A stretch of 64,000 nucleotides of DNA, from the NCBI RefSeq assembly GCF_006345805.1, contig NC_043013.1, positions 17,856,001 through 17,920,000 of the forward strand, written 5' to 3'. The notes beneath the pieces were generated by a model that worked only from the letters and a program-made list of their open reading frames with translations, made no database searches and was not told the DNA's origin. Of the stretch, positions 38,453 through 52,079 are shown piece after piece. The number at the start of each line of letters is the position of its first letter. Position 1 is the first letter of the stretch. The position numbers and the translations under genes were made by a program. This DNA comes from Octopus sinensis (taxonomy: Eukaryota).

Positions 38453-38685
38453 AAGGCGGCAAGCTGGCAGAAACGTTAGCACGGCGGGCGAAATGCTGAG
38501 CGGTATTTCGTCTGCCGTTACGTTCTGAGTTCAAATTCCGCCGAGGTCGACTTTGCCTTTCATCCTTTCGGGGACGATTAAATAAGTACCAGTTACGCAC
38601 TGGGGTCGATATAATCGACTTAATCCGTTTGTCTTTCCTTGCTTGTCCCCTCTCTGTTTAGCCCCTTGTGGGTAGTAAAGAAATA
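38453..38685 (+). mobile_element. Full-length SINE family A
   Basis: Near-consensus copy with a 19-bp TSD carrying 2 mismatches (38434-38452 and 38686-38704). Confidence 0.92.
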
Positions 38686-38809
38686 GGTATATTCTAATTT
38701 TCTTTACCATCTGGTAATGGAGAGAAGGGCAGCACCTTTGACCCTTTAATTTTTCAGGGTTTCCAAGACTGGTGGAGGGGTAGGAAGGAAGTTAACCTTA
38801 AACCAGAGA

Positions 38810-39170
38810 CTTGACTCAGACATTTACAACAGGGTGAACTACACTAAAGGTATCCAAGGACCAGGTGGTTGCATTAAACTGGACACAACAGAGTGGTCTC
38901 TACTACAGATACTCAAGGACTGGGTGGTAGTGTTGACTGGGTGACAACGAAGTGGACCCTATTAAAGGTACCCACAGACCACGTTGTAGTGTTAAACCAG
39001 AGCAGACTCTACCGAAGGAACTCAAGGACCAGATGGTGGTTTTAAACTGAGTGACAATAAATTGGACTGTACTAAAAAATACCCAAGGGCCAGGTAGTGA
39101 TGTTAAATGGATGACAACAGGGTAGACTCTACTAAAAGCACTCAAGGATCAGGTGGTGGTGTTAAACCAG
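38810..39170. repeat. Degenerate minisatellite, period about 50-65 bp
   Basis: Recurrent ACTCAAGGACCAGGTGGTGGTGTTAAAC..GACAACAG..GACTCTACTAAA. Confidence 0.75.
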
Positions 39171-41261
39171 GAGAGGGGTTAAGCTGAAGAACTCAGAATG
39201 GAAAGAGCTGGCACAAATCTTCAAAGCACTTCGTTCAACTCTCCAAATCTTTAACAATTTCTCCAAACTACCACTCTATACTGGAATTAAGGCCCCTAAT
39301 AGGAATGGAGAGGAGGTTAATCAGACTGGTAGTGCAAGATAAAAAAAAAAATCTACATGATAGACATAGGGATCTGAAGTACATCTCAAACAAGGAAAAT
39401 TGAAAAAGAAGGGTAAGATTTAGGGAGTTTAGGTAAGATTTAGCAATAGATAACCATGCCTATTGCTACTACCTCCATTCTACTGGTCACAACTTCAAGA
39501 ATAGCCAGAGCAAAGGGGTAAATGAAACCTCCCCTTTCTCACTGTGACTAGATTCAGGAGCCAATGATATGGGAACCCAGAACAGGAAGATTCTTTTCCT
39601 CCAACCCAGAGCGGGTCAGATACACTTAGCAGTACTTCTTTATCTTCTGGTGGAAATCGGTAAGCATAAATGAACATGTTAAGGAAGCAAAAAAAATAAT
39701 CTAAAAACCAGCAATATATTCCTGAGGATGACTGTTTACAGCTTTCAGTAATTCCTGGCCTGGCAATAGTTCCAAGTGTCATAAATGGTTTAGACAAGTT
39801 TTACATGTTCAAAAATGTCATCAGCTGCACCTGTGTGAGATGCACGGAAGGGACTGATAACATTCTTCATAGACATATTCTGTGTATGTTACATATCTAT
39901 GTGTGTGCACGTGCTTGTGTGTGTGTGTGTAATGTGTACCCTTGTCCTGATATTACAAAAGGGTTATAAATGAGCATCATCATTATACAAGTGATCTTGT
40001 TCATCTCCAGTCTTCCATGGAAGATATGTCCGGCCATGGGGAAATATTACCTTGGTTGGAAACAGTTGGTAACCAGAAGGGCATTCAGCCATAGAAAATT
40101 TATCTCAAAATATTCCATCTGACCCACGCAAGCATGATAAGGTGGACATTAAAAGATGATGAGGATGATGATGTATGTATATGTGTATGTGTATGAATGT
40201 GTGTATGTACACCAGATATTCTCAAACTTTTTGCCCCCCACCTCATGGCCACATAATAACCTCAGCGCCTCACCCCTATTTTTATGTATAAATAAGTATT
40301 TTATATTTAATATGATATTATATAATTTGTATACAATACTCTAATAATATTATAATAGATTCTTAGCATCCCCCAATTCACTGCCTTCCTCCCACTGCTT
40401 CCTTTTTCTCTATCCACCCCTACACTGCCCCCTTAGGCACCAGCATCCACCTGGACCATCTCAATGCCGAACAGAAGGTGACAGCACCCACTTTGAGAAC
40501 CTATGATGTACACACACATGCATGCACACGCACGCACACGTGCACGTGGATATGTCTTCAGCATAGCCACCATCAAATGACTGAAACAAGTAAAAGAATA
40601 AAAGAATAGCAGAAGAACATTCCGAAGGTTCTTTGAGGATGTACGATGTATTTTAAGGTTAAATAGTAATTCTGTTTATGTTTGTGTAACTGAGATATTT
40701 TGGTTGGATTATATAGTTATCAGTTTTACACGTCTTTCTATATTCTGTAACTGGCGCAATATAGAGATATTTCTTATGGCACCAGCACACAATTTACAGA
40801 TGCTTACAATATTTGTGATTTCCGTGAATTTTTCACTGGTCCAGCTAGTTATTAATCATTTCAATGTGGTTGGTGGTAGTTCCACTCTTGCATTCTATAG
40901 AAGGTTAGTAGAGAGAAAATATGATGATGTTCTCGGGGAAACTCTGGGCGTCAACAAAGATCAACTAACCGGTCTATTTTGGAGAATTTTCAGGACTGGA
41001 CTTTTAGATAACTTCCAGAAATCCCTTGCCTAGCAGTGCTACTGATGAGTGCTGCCCATTTGAGATAAACTTTACAGGCATGGAAGTCCCATCAGTTGGG
41101 CCTGCCTGAGGATTTACCTTTTTCTGATGATCTCTGAAAAGAAAGAGCAATTTTAGCAAAACATATTAAACAACACTAATAAAAATAAAAAAAAACATGA
41201 AAATAAGCAAGCTTTTGACGGTTTTATAAATATTTCAAAATTTTGATGCTATGATGCTAGG

Positions 41262-43330
41262 TGTTTCTATTATTTTGTCCAACCCCTGTAGATCCCAACT
41301 CTGCCATATTTGTGAATATATTCCTTCTTAGCCAGGACTGGGCAGCCAGAAACAAATTGATTTGTTGTTTTTTCTCCACCACCACATATTCTGCAGTTAC
41401 TTGTATTTCTTTTCATTTGGGTGTTTTTGGTGATTTCTGGTGGGAAGGCTTTGATCTTGTGCTGCAATGAAAAATCTTTCAGGATCTGCTTTTAGTCCTG
41501 AATTTCTTAGCCTTTGTTGGGATTTTGCTTTGACTACTTCTTTTCTGTTTAGCTTATTATTATTATATGTTTGACTTTTGCTTTGTATTTGTACAAGTTG
41601 ACACCAAGTCTCACCTAGAGACCTCAAGAGGCAACAAGTTAGAAGTTCACGTTAGTGCTATGCCTGGTCTTGCACATTGTATTGTTCTAGAGAATGTTTA
41701 AGAAACTATAAGAAAATTATGAGTTTGTTTTAAAATTTGAGATTACATAGACAGTATTTTACGTAGGACATGGGCAATTCCCATGAGCACTATCTTTTGA
41801 ATTTCTGCTATTTTGGGGTTTCCTGGTATCTAAGCTAGGTAGGAGTCAACTCCTTTTGCTATCATTCCTAGGGCACCTATGACAACAGGTATTATTTTAG
41901 TCTTGAGGTTCCACATTTTGCCAAGTTCTATTTCAACATCTTTATACTTGCTCAGCTTTTGGTAGATCTTGACAGACATGTTTATGTCGATTGGAACAGT
42001 TATATCAATGAGGAGGCATGATTTTTGTCTAAAGTCTTTCAATATCATGTCTGGCCTATTTGCATCTATCTTTCTGTCAGTTTGAGTGGTGGGTTCCAGA
42101 GGAGTGAGATGTGGTCATTTTCAAGCACTGAAGGTGGTTTGTGTTCCCACCAGTTTTTATCATGGGGCAGGTTCAGAGTTTTGCAAATTTCCCAGTGAAT
42201 ATTTCCCAGAATATATTGTGCTGCTCTATCAAGTCTGTTGAGATACTCTGTAGGTACAAGAAAACTGCACATGGAGACAACATGATCAATAGTTTCATTT
42301 TGCTGTTGACATACATGATATGTTGGGTTACTGCCATTCTTTAATATGTTGGCCTGGTAGTTCCTTGTACGCAGGCATTGATCTTGGGCTGCTATGATAA
42401 ACCCTTGTTTCTGATTTTAATCCAGAAGACACTAATTATTGATGGTAAGGGCTTTGTCAACATCAGCACTATTAGCTTTCTTTGGGTATTTGCCATTGAG
42501 AGGTTTTTCTTGCCACATTTACATCCTTTTTGCTCATTAGGGAATATGCCACTGTCTATTAAAAAATTATAGGTATATTCAATCAAGACAGATCTTAGTA
42601 TTTTATACATTGTTGTTCAGCAGGTTATGGGTCTCTAATTTTTTGGTTCATTTGTTTCTTCGTTTTTAGAAGTGGGAATGTTACACCGTTAACAAACCAA
42701 GAGGAAATCATATTAGGTTATTGCAAAACATTGTTGTAAAGTTTTGTGAGCAGTTCATGGCTCTCTGGGAAGGCATTCAACCAAAAGTTAGGAATTTTAT
42801 CCTTTCCTGGAGACTTCCATTTGCTTGAACTCCCGAGAGCAGATCTTACATCCTCTACCTTGATACCCACCAACTTTTGCTCTTCTAAGGAGTCTAAGTC
42901 TGTAGATGTTCTACCAATCAAAGGGGCCTTTTCAGTGTGTGTTTTTATTCCAAAATTCCTGCACTTCTTCTTGATGGGAAAGACTTTACTGTAACTGGTA
43001 TTTTCCTTATCTTCCTGTAAACATTTTTGGGGTTATTTTTGAACATTTTGTTGTCCTTGAAGAATCTAACTTGCTTTTCATACCTTGCTATGCGGGCAGC
43101 TTTAGCACATACCTTTTGCTTGATGGTTTCTATGGTGTTATCATTGTCAAATATGGCTTTTCTTTAATTTTCGGATTTTTGTTGGTTTGATAGTCTTGTC
43201 AAAGTCACTGTGGTTCTCCATGATCTCATACTTATTGTATGTCAGACCTAAGTAGCTGAATTTGGTTTTGAATACGCCTAAATAGGCTTTTTGGGGGAAT
43301 GCTGTCGTTTTCTTTTTCATTTATTTTCGT
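41262..43330 (-). mobile_element. R4/Dong-type LINE remnants (two pieces, internal deletions)
   Basis: KWKSPGKDKIPNFWLNAF; IFPNEQKGC; WWEHKPPSVLEND; CLLIDITVPIDIN..KLSKYKDVEIELGKMW..IIPVVIGALG; CRICGGGEKT. Bounded by (TTA)n tracts. Confidence 0.88.
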
Positions 43331-43331
43331 C

Positions 43332-43388
<57 letters not shown>

Positions 43389-43944
43389 AATTTTCTTTGA
43401 CTTTCTTCACTGGCTCTGCTTCATTTATCACTGTGACTTCAAAAGAATTAGAATAATAATATAAAGGAAAAGAAAGAAAAATATGAATATGAAAATCACA
43501 AAAGGTACAGGTTTTATTGAGATATGTGCATGGGAAAATATTTAATCTTTTGCAAATATTGCGTACAGAAGGTGTGGGTGGGTGTTTACCTGACTGGGTA
43601 GGGCTTCGGAGAACCAATCACAATGTAGTTTTAGTGACAGTAAATTGAATTAACAACTTTGTGTCTATGGTGAGGACAACTTAATTCTGGATTGACCCAA
43701 TCCACCAGGCTGAAAAAATGAGTACCACAAGGTAGGAAGAACAACTCATTACTGCTGCTGCTGTTGTTGTTGCTGCTGCGGCTGCTGTTGTTGTTGCTGT
43801 TGTTATTTTAAAAGCAGTTGATTGATGTAATTGTCATGGTTGTGGTCATTGTTCCAGTTCCCAAACTTTTGAGAGTAGGGCCTTGTTGACCATGCAGCAG
43901 AAGTTGAACTTCTGTTACAAGATATCTTGAAATACATATGCACA

Positions 43945-43977
<33 letters not shown>

Positions 43978-44310
43978 GCATATATATATATATCAGCACC
44001 GTTTAACGTCTGTTTTCCATGCTAGCATGAGTTGGACGATTTGACTGAGGTCTGGCAAACCAGATGGCTGCACCAGGCTCCAATTTGATCAGGCAGAGTT
44101 TCTACAGCTGGATGCCCTTCCTAACGCCAACCACTCCGAGAGTGTAGTGAGTGCTTTTACGTGCCACCGGCACGAGGGCTAGTCAGGCGGTACTGGCAAC
44201 GGCCACGCTCAAATGGTGTTTTTTACATGCCACCTGCACAGGAGCCAGTCAAGCGGCACTGGCAATGACCTCACTCAGATGTTTTTTCACGTGCCAGTAA
44301 GGCAACGCTG

Positions 44311-44387
<77 letters not shown>

Positions 44388-44605
44388 TCATCATCATCAT
44401 CATTATCATCATCATTTAATGTCCGCTTTCCATGCTGGCACGGGTTGGACGGTTTGACTGAGGACAGGCAAGCCAGGAGGCTGCACCACGCACCAGTCTG
44501 ATCTTGCAAGGTTTCTACAGCTGGATGCCCTTCCTAACACCAACCACTCCGAGAGTGTCGTGGGTGCTTTTTACGTGCCACCAACATGGGAGCCAGTCAG
44601 GTGGC

Positions 44606-44656
<51 letters not shown>

Positions 44657-45100
44657 ATGAAGAAACCTCTACATGGTGACTAGTCCTGTTAGAAATAGCA
44701 ACCAAATTTCCCTCAAACCACAACCTATATATAAACCTTTACCATTCAGATTACTCTATCAAATGTAATGCTTATTTATCATGTTGTTTTGAATTAATCA
44801 GGCATTATCTTGTAACTTAGAGATTTCAATTATGGGCTTGTTTAGTTTGAGAATGGCAATTTAGGTTAGGTGCAAGAAACTGATTACAGCCAGTTTGGAC
44901 ATAAAATAAGTAGAATATTTGGGCTGGAGATGGCTGGTTTAAATATGCTAATAGTTTAAGTGAAATCCTCAAGCTCCTGTCCCCCAGCAGGAGCAGATCC
45001 CTACTTCGAAGTGATAAAAGAGAAAATGAGAGAAAGCAAGAGAGAGAGAAAAGGGTCAACCTGCTATTAGATAGATAGATAGATAGATATATAAATATAC

Positions 45101-45196
<96 letters not shown>

Positions 45197-45251
45197 AATG
45201 TAGTATGTGACAATTATTCGGTAGCCTTTTTTGTTTTTTTTCCGATGGCCG

Positions 45252-45312
45252 GATAACTGAAGATATGGCAGTGTGGTTTTCCACCTCAGCATCCGAAACT
45301 CGGAGTTTTATC
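45252..45312 (+). ncRNA. Type I hammerhead motif with partly decayed stem II
   Basis: Stem I GATAA/TTATC; CTGAAGA; GTGG-TTTT-CCAC hairpin within stem II; GAAA-CTCGGAG; GUU triplet. Confidence 0.65.
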
Positions 45313-45421
45313 ATGGCTACTGAATAATTGCCACATTTACAGATAAATTCCTCTATTTACATAATATCGAGGTTTTTTTCATTCTTTTGTTGTCTTACCC
45401 TTTTTATCAATATATATATAA

Positions 45422-45461
<40 letters not shown>

Positions 45462-45480
45462 ATATATATATATATATATG

Positions 45481-45625
<145 letters not shown>

Positions 45626-46164
45626 TTTATAGATATATATATATGGAGTAACGTTACATTAAGAAATGGAATGAATGTACAATTTCCTGTAAGTCAGATA
45701 CAGAGTTCGTTTCTTGCCAAGATCAACTTTGCCTTTATCCTCCCTGGGTCTGATAAATAAAGCACTTGTCCAATTACTGAGGTTGGTTCTTCTTTGGGAT
45801 CAGCTGCCCTGCAAAAATGACAAAATGTGGTGGAATTAATGCCAGGGATTGATGTTCAGTTGTTTAGCCCCGGGTCAACCGTGAACCAGTAGACCTGAGA
45901 CCAAAAGAGTTCTGGCCCTAGCTAACACACTGTTGACTTCATCAGTATCTTTATTTTCACCAACACCACCACCACCACCACCACCACCACCATCATTGCT
46001 GTTGTTTTCATCATTATCATTGCCACTAGCATCATCATCATTGGTCTTCTCACAACTACCACTGTCATCATTGCTGTCATCATTGTCATCATCTATGTTG
46101 TTGACGTAATTGTTATTATCAATGTCGTCATCGTCAATGTCAGTCAGGAAGAAAGAAAGAAAGA

Positions 46165-46206
<42 letters not shown>

Positions 46207-46212
46207 AAGAAA

Positions 46213-46247
<35 letters not shown>

Positions 46248-47016
46248 GAGCTGAGAAAGAGAGAGAGAAGGAAAGAAGGAAGGAACAATAACTGAAAGAA
46301 GAAAGAGTAAAGGTTTCTTTGAGTAGAATTGACAAAGTAATATTACAGTGTTGGCTGCAGTATTTGTATTAAACAGATTATTTCAAGTGCTAAATAGACT
46401 GTTTTAATAATAAACTGGTTAGTCTTCTTTGCACAAACTTTAAAAAGCATACAATATTAGTGTTTGTGAGTGTGTGTGTGTATGTGCATGTGTGTGCGTG
46501 TGGGCATGTGCATGAGTATGTGTGTGTATTATGAATATATATAGTATTCTAAGAATCCATAGTTTGTAAAAAAAGTATACTCATATATTTATTGATAGAA
46601 TTGGTATATTAATCAAAAGAAAGAGTATTATAGATCCAATTCATTTGATCTGGTTATCTATTGCCTGGTGCAAAATTGATTGGTAATATTGGCTGGGATG
46701 CATTTATAATACTGTATACTTTGATTAGTGTGCACATTCTTTATATCCCAATAAAAATGTCCAGTGATGTGAGATCCAGTGAATGAGGAAGCTATTCTAC
46801 TGAACCTCTTCATCCAATCCACCTGTATGCTAAAATCTCATCAAGGTAGGCCTTTACATTACTATGGTGGAATGGAAGTGTCCTGTCTGGTTGTTGGAAA
46901 TATAACACTACATCTTCAAAATCCTCTTGAATGCTTGGCACAACAGATTCTTAGAGCAAAGTTCAAATAATGGGACTGGTCACAGTGCCATCTAAACAAA
47001 ATGAACTAATTAACCC

Positions 47017-47436
47017 TGTAACAGGATCTGGAATCGGTATCACTGAAGGGGTGTCCGATCTGATCCCGTCACATTCAATTTAGTTAGATATAACAGACGA
47101 AGTCAGGTTATCTGGGAAAGACAGCAAATGTTGTTTATTACTCGTGATGGTGTATGTATTTCTGAGGGGAAACGACAGCCGAATCTTTGTACTGCTTCTT
47201 GTTGGTTGATTGAAGTGATTCGATGTGGTCCGTTGCTAAGCCGGTGTAGAGTTCTCAGAGACTACCAAATGCACGTCTGTTCACGAGGGCTGAAAGTGCC
47301 AGAGAGAGTGAGTGAGTGGACTGTGGTTTTAGGGGTCAGTTTCCCGCACATGCGCATGGGAAGACCTCCGGTGGCCACCCGGAAGTAATCCCATTCTGCG
47401 CATGCGCGCTGAACCTTACACAGTAGCATCACTACA
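47017..47436 (-). mobile_element. Solo LTR (420 bp), probably Ty3/gypsy type
   Basis: TGTA...TACA termini, a 4-bp TSD ACCC (47013-47016 and 47437-47440), AATAAA on the minus strand near 47135, and a CpG-rich interior. Confidence 0.75.
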
Positions 47437-47599
47437 ACCCTTTTGATGACCAGCTACATTATACTGTAACTACAGCTAAAAAAATATGACATTTGTCTGT
47501 AATGTGCAGATTCTTAGGACCCCATTAGTTACAAGTTTGGTGGGTAATTGAGTCTCTGTTGGGAGGTGAGCATCTTCTCCATTTCTTGCCAAATACCAC

Positions 47600-47880
47600 T
47601 TACAAAACTTCACTCTTCAGCCTGGATCATCTTGGAATGTAACTTTTCCAATGGCTGCACTTTAAAATGCAAAGGATGTTTGATTTTGAAATTCCTACCT
47701 AACCACTTGCTTGCCACGTAGATTTTCTTGAACTCTCGCAATACATTTATACTACAATTTCTTGTTTTGTGGGGTTTGTCAATGTCCTTGGTCATTGAAC
47801 ATTTCTTGTAGACATTCTGAACAGTTCCATCTGCTTCAAACTTAACTCTGATTTGAGTGAGGTTAAGTCACATGGGTGGA
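47600..47880 (-). mobile_element. Tc1/mariner transposase N-terminal remnant
   Basis: The minus strand reads QIRVKFEADGTVQNVYKKCS, then frameshifted helix-turn-helix-like sequence. Confidence 0.55.
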
Positions 47881-47977
47881 TCTTCTTATAACTATATAAC
47901 TACTTGCATTATTGAAGAGAGGAGTCAGATTTTTTTTTGACAAGTTGTAGTGCACCTGAGCACTGTATACAATAATT

Positions 47978-48030
<53 letters not shown>

Positions 48031-49024
48031 AGTAACCAGGATGGAGAAGGGAAGAGATAAAGTAGTGAAGATGGATAGAAGTAAGTGGGAGCAGTAGAAC
48101 ATGGAGCATGGGTAGGAAGAAGTTGCAAACGTTGGAGAGTGAAAGACAGTTGGAGATAGGGAACAGGTGAAAGGGTGAATATAATGAATGCAGAAAGAGT
48201 GTACCGGGATGACAAATATACAATGGAGGACAGTAGAGTAGGGTATGTATGTATATACATATATATATAGATCATTACCAGCGTCGCTTTACTGGCACTT
48301 GTGCCCATGCTAGTAGGGTGCCAAGAGCACCATTCGAGCATGATCATTGCCAGAGCAGCCAACTGGCTTCCATGCCGGTGGCACGTAAAAGGGCACCATT
48401 CGAGCTTGATCGTTACCAACATCGCTTTACTGGCACCTGTGCCGGTGGCATGTGTAAAAAGATTCAAGTGAGGTCACTGCCAGTACTGCTTGGCTGGCTC
48501 CTGTGCCGTGACACATAAAAGGGCGCCATTCGAGCGTGATCATTACCAACGTCACCTTACTGGCACCTGTGCCGGTGGCATGTGTAAAAAGATTCGAGCA
48601 AGGTCGCTTGCCAGTACCACCTGACTGGCCCCCATGCCAGTGGCACATAAAAAGCACCCAGTACACTCTCAGAGTGGTTGGTGTTAGGAAAAGCATCCAG
48701 CTGTAGAAACTCTGCCAGATCAAGATTGGAGCCTGGTGCAGCCATCAGGTTCGCCAGTCCTCAGTCAAAATCGTCCAACCCATGCTAGCATGGAAAGCGG
48801 ACGTTAAACAATAATGATGATGATGATGATGATATAGAGAGAGAGACAGAGAGGAAATGCAAGGTGTATACATTGATTGACATATATTAATAGGTATGTA
48901 CAATGAGTGTTCAGATCAGTTTACCACTAAAATGCTGGCTTGAAGTACAAATGGAAATGAGATGATGAAATTGCCTCCCCAGGGTGGTTAGAAGTGGTAT
49001 CTGATCCAGTGGGAGTAAACAGAT

Positions 49025-49160
49025 ACAAAATGGGAGATGGACAAACAAAGCATTTGGCATTACTACCATAACTTTATTTATACTTTATTTGTACTCTTTA
49101 TTAGGAAGTAAATAGCTTTGAGTAACACAAAATGCTTCGCTTGTCCATCTTCCATTTTTG
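49025..49160. repeat. Small inverted-repeat (MITE-like) element
   Basis: CAAAATGGGAGATGGACAAACAAAGCATTT pairs with AAATGCTTCGCTTGTCCATCTTCCATTTTTG. Confidence 0.65.
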
Positions 49161-49632
49161 ATTTGTGCGTATATGTGAGTGTGTATTTGTGCATGCATGT
49201 GTGTGTGTAAATATAGATATGTATGTATATACATTGGCCTGCTTGCTTAGCCAGCGGGGTGGCGTCATTTGAAGGCTAAAACAATGCGAAACGCATTGTG
49301 GCCAGCGATGTGTAGCAACATCTGATAGCCTGGTCGGTCACGGTGATCACGGTGATGTATATACATATGCATGCATACACACACATGCACTCATGAACAC
49401 ACACACACACACACACACACATATGCACGAATGTGGCGGGATTCTTTCAGTTTCTGCCCTTTCAAAATCCACTGACAAAACCTTGTTCAGCCTGGAGTTT
49501 ATAGCAGAAGACACTTAAAGTGGACGGATGCACTGAGGATTGAAGTATTTGGTGTTTACTCTGGATTCATTACAATGGCCTTGGATAAAAATATGCACTG
49601 CAAACTTCTACCAACATCTACCTTCAAGCACA

Positions 49633-49707
<75 letters not shown>

Positions 49708-51139
49708 ACTCTCTCTCTCTTCATTTCTCAAACAAAACTAGCTATCATGAAGGTTTTAGTTTGATGGTCCATAAATTTGCACCAACTGCACTACCACCAG
49801 CACTACTACTACTACTACCACCACCACCACCACCACTACTACTACTACAAGCATCTCAACCACCACCATCGCCACTACTGCTACACCCAGTCTAAAATAG
49901 CAGTGATACTTGATATCAATAGCTATTTTGGGAGTAAAATAGAATCTGTTTGTTGAGGCTCGACTGTTATGTTATCAAAGACATTGAGTCATGTTTGAAT
50001 TGAACAGAGATTTCCAGTCAAATTAATGCTTTCTGTTCCTTTGAACACTTAAAAGGACCCAACACTGAGTTTTTCTAATATTTTGAGTCATAATATCATT
50101 TGTTTGGGAGAAACTTTGAATTTACATTATCTCCAAAATTTTCCCAACCCAAACCTGAAATTTTGCTTTTGTTGGTACCAAGTGGCCACCTACCAGCACT
50201 TTACAGACACTTTCAATTTGAAAATATATTTTTTAGTGTCATTTGTAGGCGACATTGTTCTTGTTGTTATTGTTGTTGTCCATGTCATACTTGACTGAGC
50301 ATGAATGTAGTCAACCAAACAATTTAGTATTGTCCACAGTTCTACAGTTTCAGGTATATCAAGTAGTAGGTGTTATTGTTGTCATTTGTATTGTTTTTCT
50401 TGTTTCATTTATGGCCTAGTGGTGAGGGTATTCAGCTCTTGGTCCAAGGGTTAGAATGTTGGTTCAATTCTCAGACCAGTTGGTACATTGTATCTTTGGC
50501 AAAGCACTTTGTTTCACCTTACTCCAGTCTATTCTGGCTGAAAATGAGCCGCAGACAAGTACAAGTGCAATCCTCCTCCCCCACTCTCTCATTCCAGCTG
50601 TTACATCCTGAAGGCTCCACTGGATCAACGGAGTACCTGTGTCTGCCCAAGACTAAGACTGCTAAAGCAATAATGAGAGCCATACCCACTTGCAAGGGAT
50701 AGTTAGTTGGACATTTTGTACCTTTTTTTTTTTTTTGGCAAATTGGCAGAGTTAGTAGAATGCCAGATAAAATACTGTATGGCATTTGTTCTGATTCATT
50801 GTGCTTTGAGTTCAAATCCTGCAATGATCAATTTTGCTTTCCATCATTTTGGGGCTCAATAAATAGGGAAAGAAAATGAGGACAGTGGATATGAGTCCAG
50901 AGCAGTAGATACACGTTCAGAGAAGTAAATATAAGTCCTGGGTAGTGGATATGAGTCCAGGCCAATGGATATGAGTCCAGGGATGTGGATTGGCAGAATT
51001 GTTAGTGCATTGGATGAGGTAATTTGTGTTATCTATTCTATTGTCCTGGTTCTTCACATTCTAAGTTCAAATTCTATGTAGGCATTTAGTTCTCACCACT
51101 GGGTGTGTCATTACCTTTTATGCACTAAGACGGTGTCAT

Positions 51140-51720
51140 GGTGGAGGTGCATGGCTCAGTGGTTAGGTATCAGGCTCACAATCATGAGGTAGTAAGTTCG
51201 ATTCTTGGACCAGGCTGTGTTGTGTTCTCAAGCAAGACACTTTATTTCATGTTGTTCCAGTTCACTCAGCTGTAGAAATGAGTTGCAACGTCACTGGTGC
51301 CAAGTTATATCAGCCCTTGCCATTCCCTCAGATAACATCAATGGTATGGAGAGGGGAGTTGGCAGAAACGTTAGCACACCAGGCGAAATGCTTAGCGGTA
51401 TTTCATCTGCCGTTACATTCTACGTTCAAATTCCGCCGAGGTCGACTTTGCCTTTCATCCTTTCGGGGTCGATTAAATAAGTACCAGTTACGCACTGGGG
51501 TCGATATAATCGACTTAATCCGTTTGTCTGTCCTTGTTTGTCCTCTCTGTATTTAGCCCCTTGTGGGTAGTAAAGAAATAGGTATGGAGAGGGGAGGCTG
51601 ATATGCATGGGTGACTACTGGTCTTCCAGAAACAACCTTGCCCGGACTTGTGCCTTGGAAGGGAACTTTCTAGGTGCAATCCCTTGGTCATTCATGAACC
51701 ATGGGGGTCTTTGTCCTTTG
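51140..51720 (+). mobile_element. SINE family C (tRNA head) with a nested family A copy at 51359-51580
   Basis: A-box TGGCTCAGTGG and B-box AGTTCGATTC. The inner SINE is flanked by a 16-bp TSD GGTATGGAGAGGGGAG. Confidence 0.8.
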
Positions 51721-52029
51721 TCCATGGTGAACTATGACAGACTGTCATTTTTACCCAGCTGTGCCATGAATCAAGGGACTTGTGGGGATTGAACTTGCAA
51801 CTCACACACTAGCAAATGGTCTCAGAGTTCCATAAACCTTTGGAACATTCTCAACAATGAAGAAATGTCAGCTAATATACGTACGTGCTTGTGACATAGC
51901 ATGGCTGAATATTTAAAGTGTTTGAAGTACAATCATAATGTCCTGAATTGGGTCCTTGAGCAAGGCACTTCATTTCACATTGGCTCAGTTTACTCAGCTG
52001 TAAATATGTATCAGCTGGTTGTTAGTGCA

Positions 52030-52079
<50 letters not shown>

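Noticed and set aside
38453-38545. tRNA-like A/B boxes here and at 51145 and 56117
   Set aside because: These are SINE heads without a complete cloverleaf, not tRNA genes.
39551-39659. Exon-like segment (pyrimidine tract, AG, then GTAAGC)
   Set aside because: No recognisable protein similarity in any frame and no partner exons seen; it needs RNA-seq.
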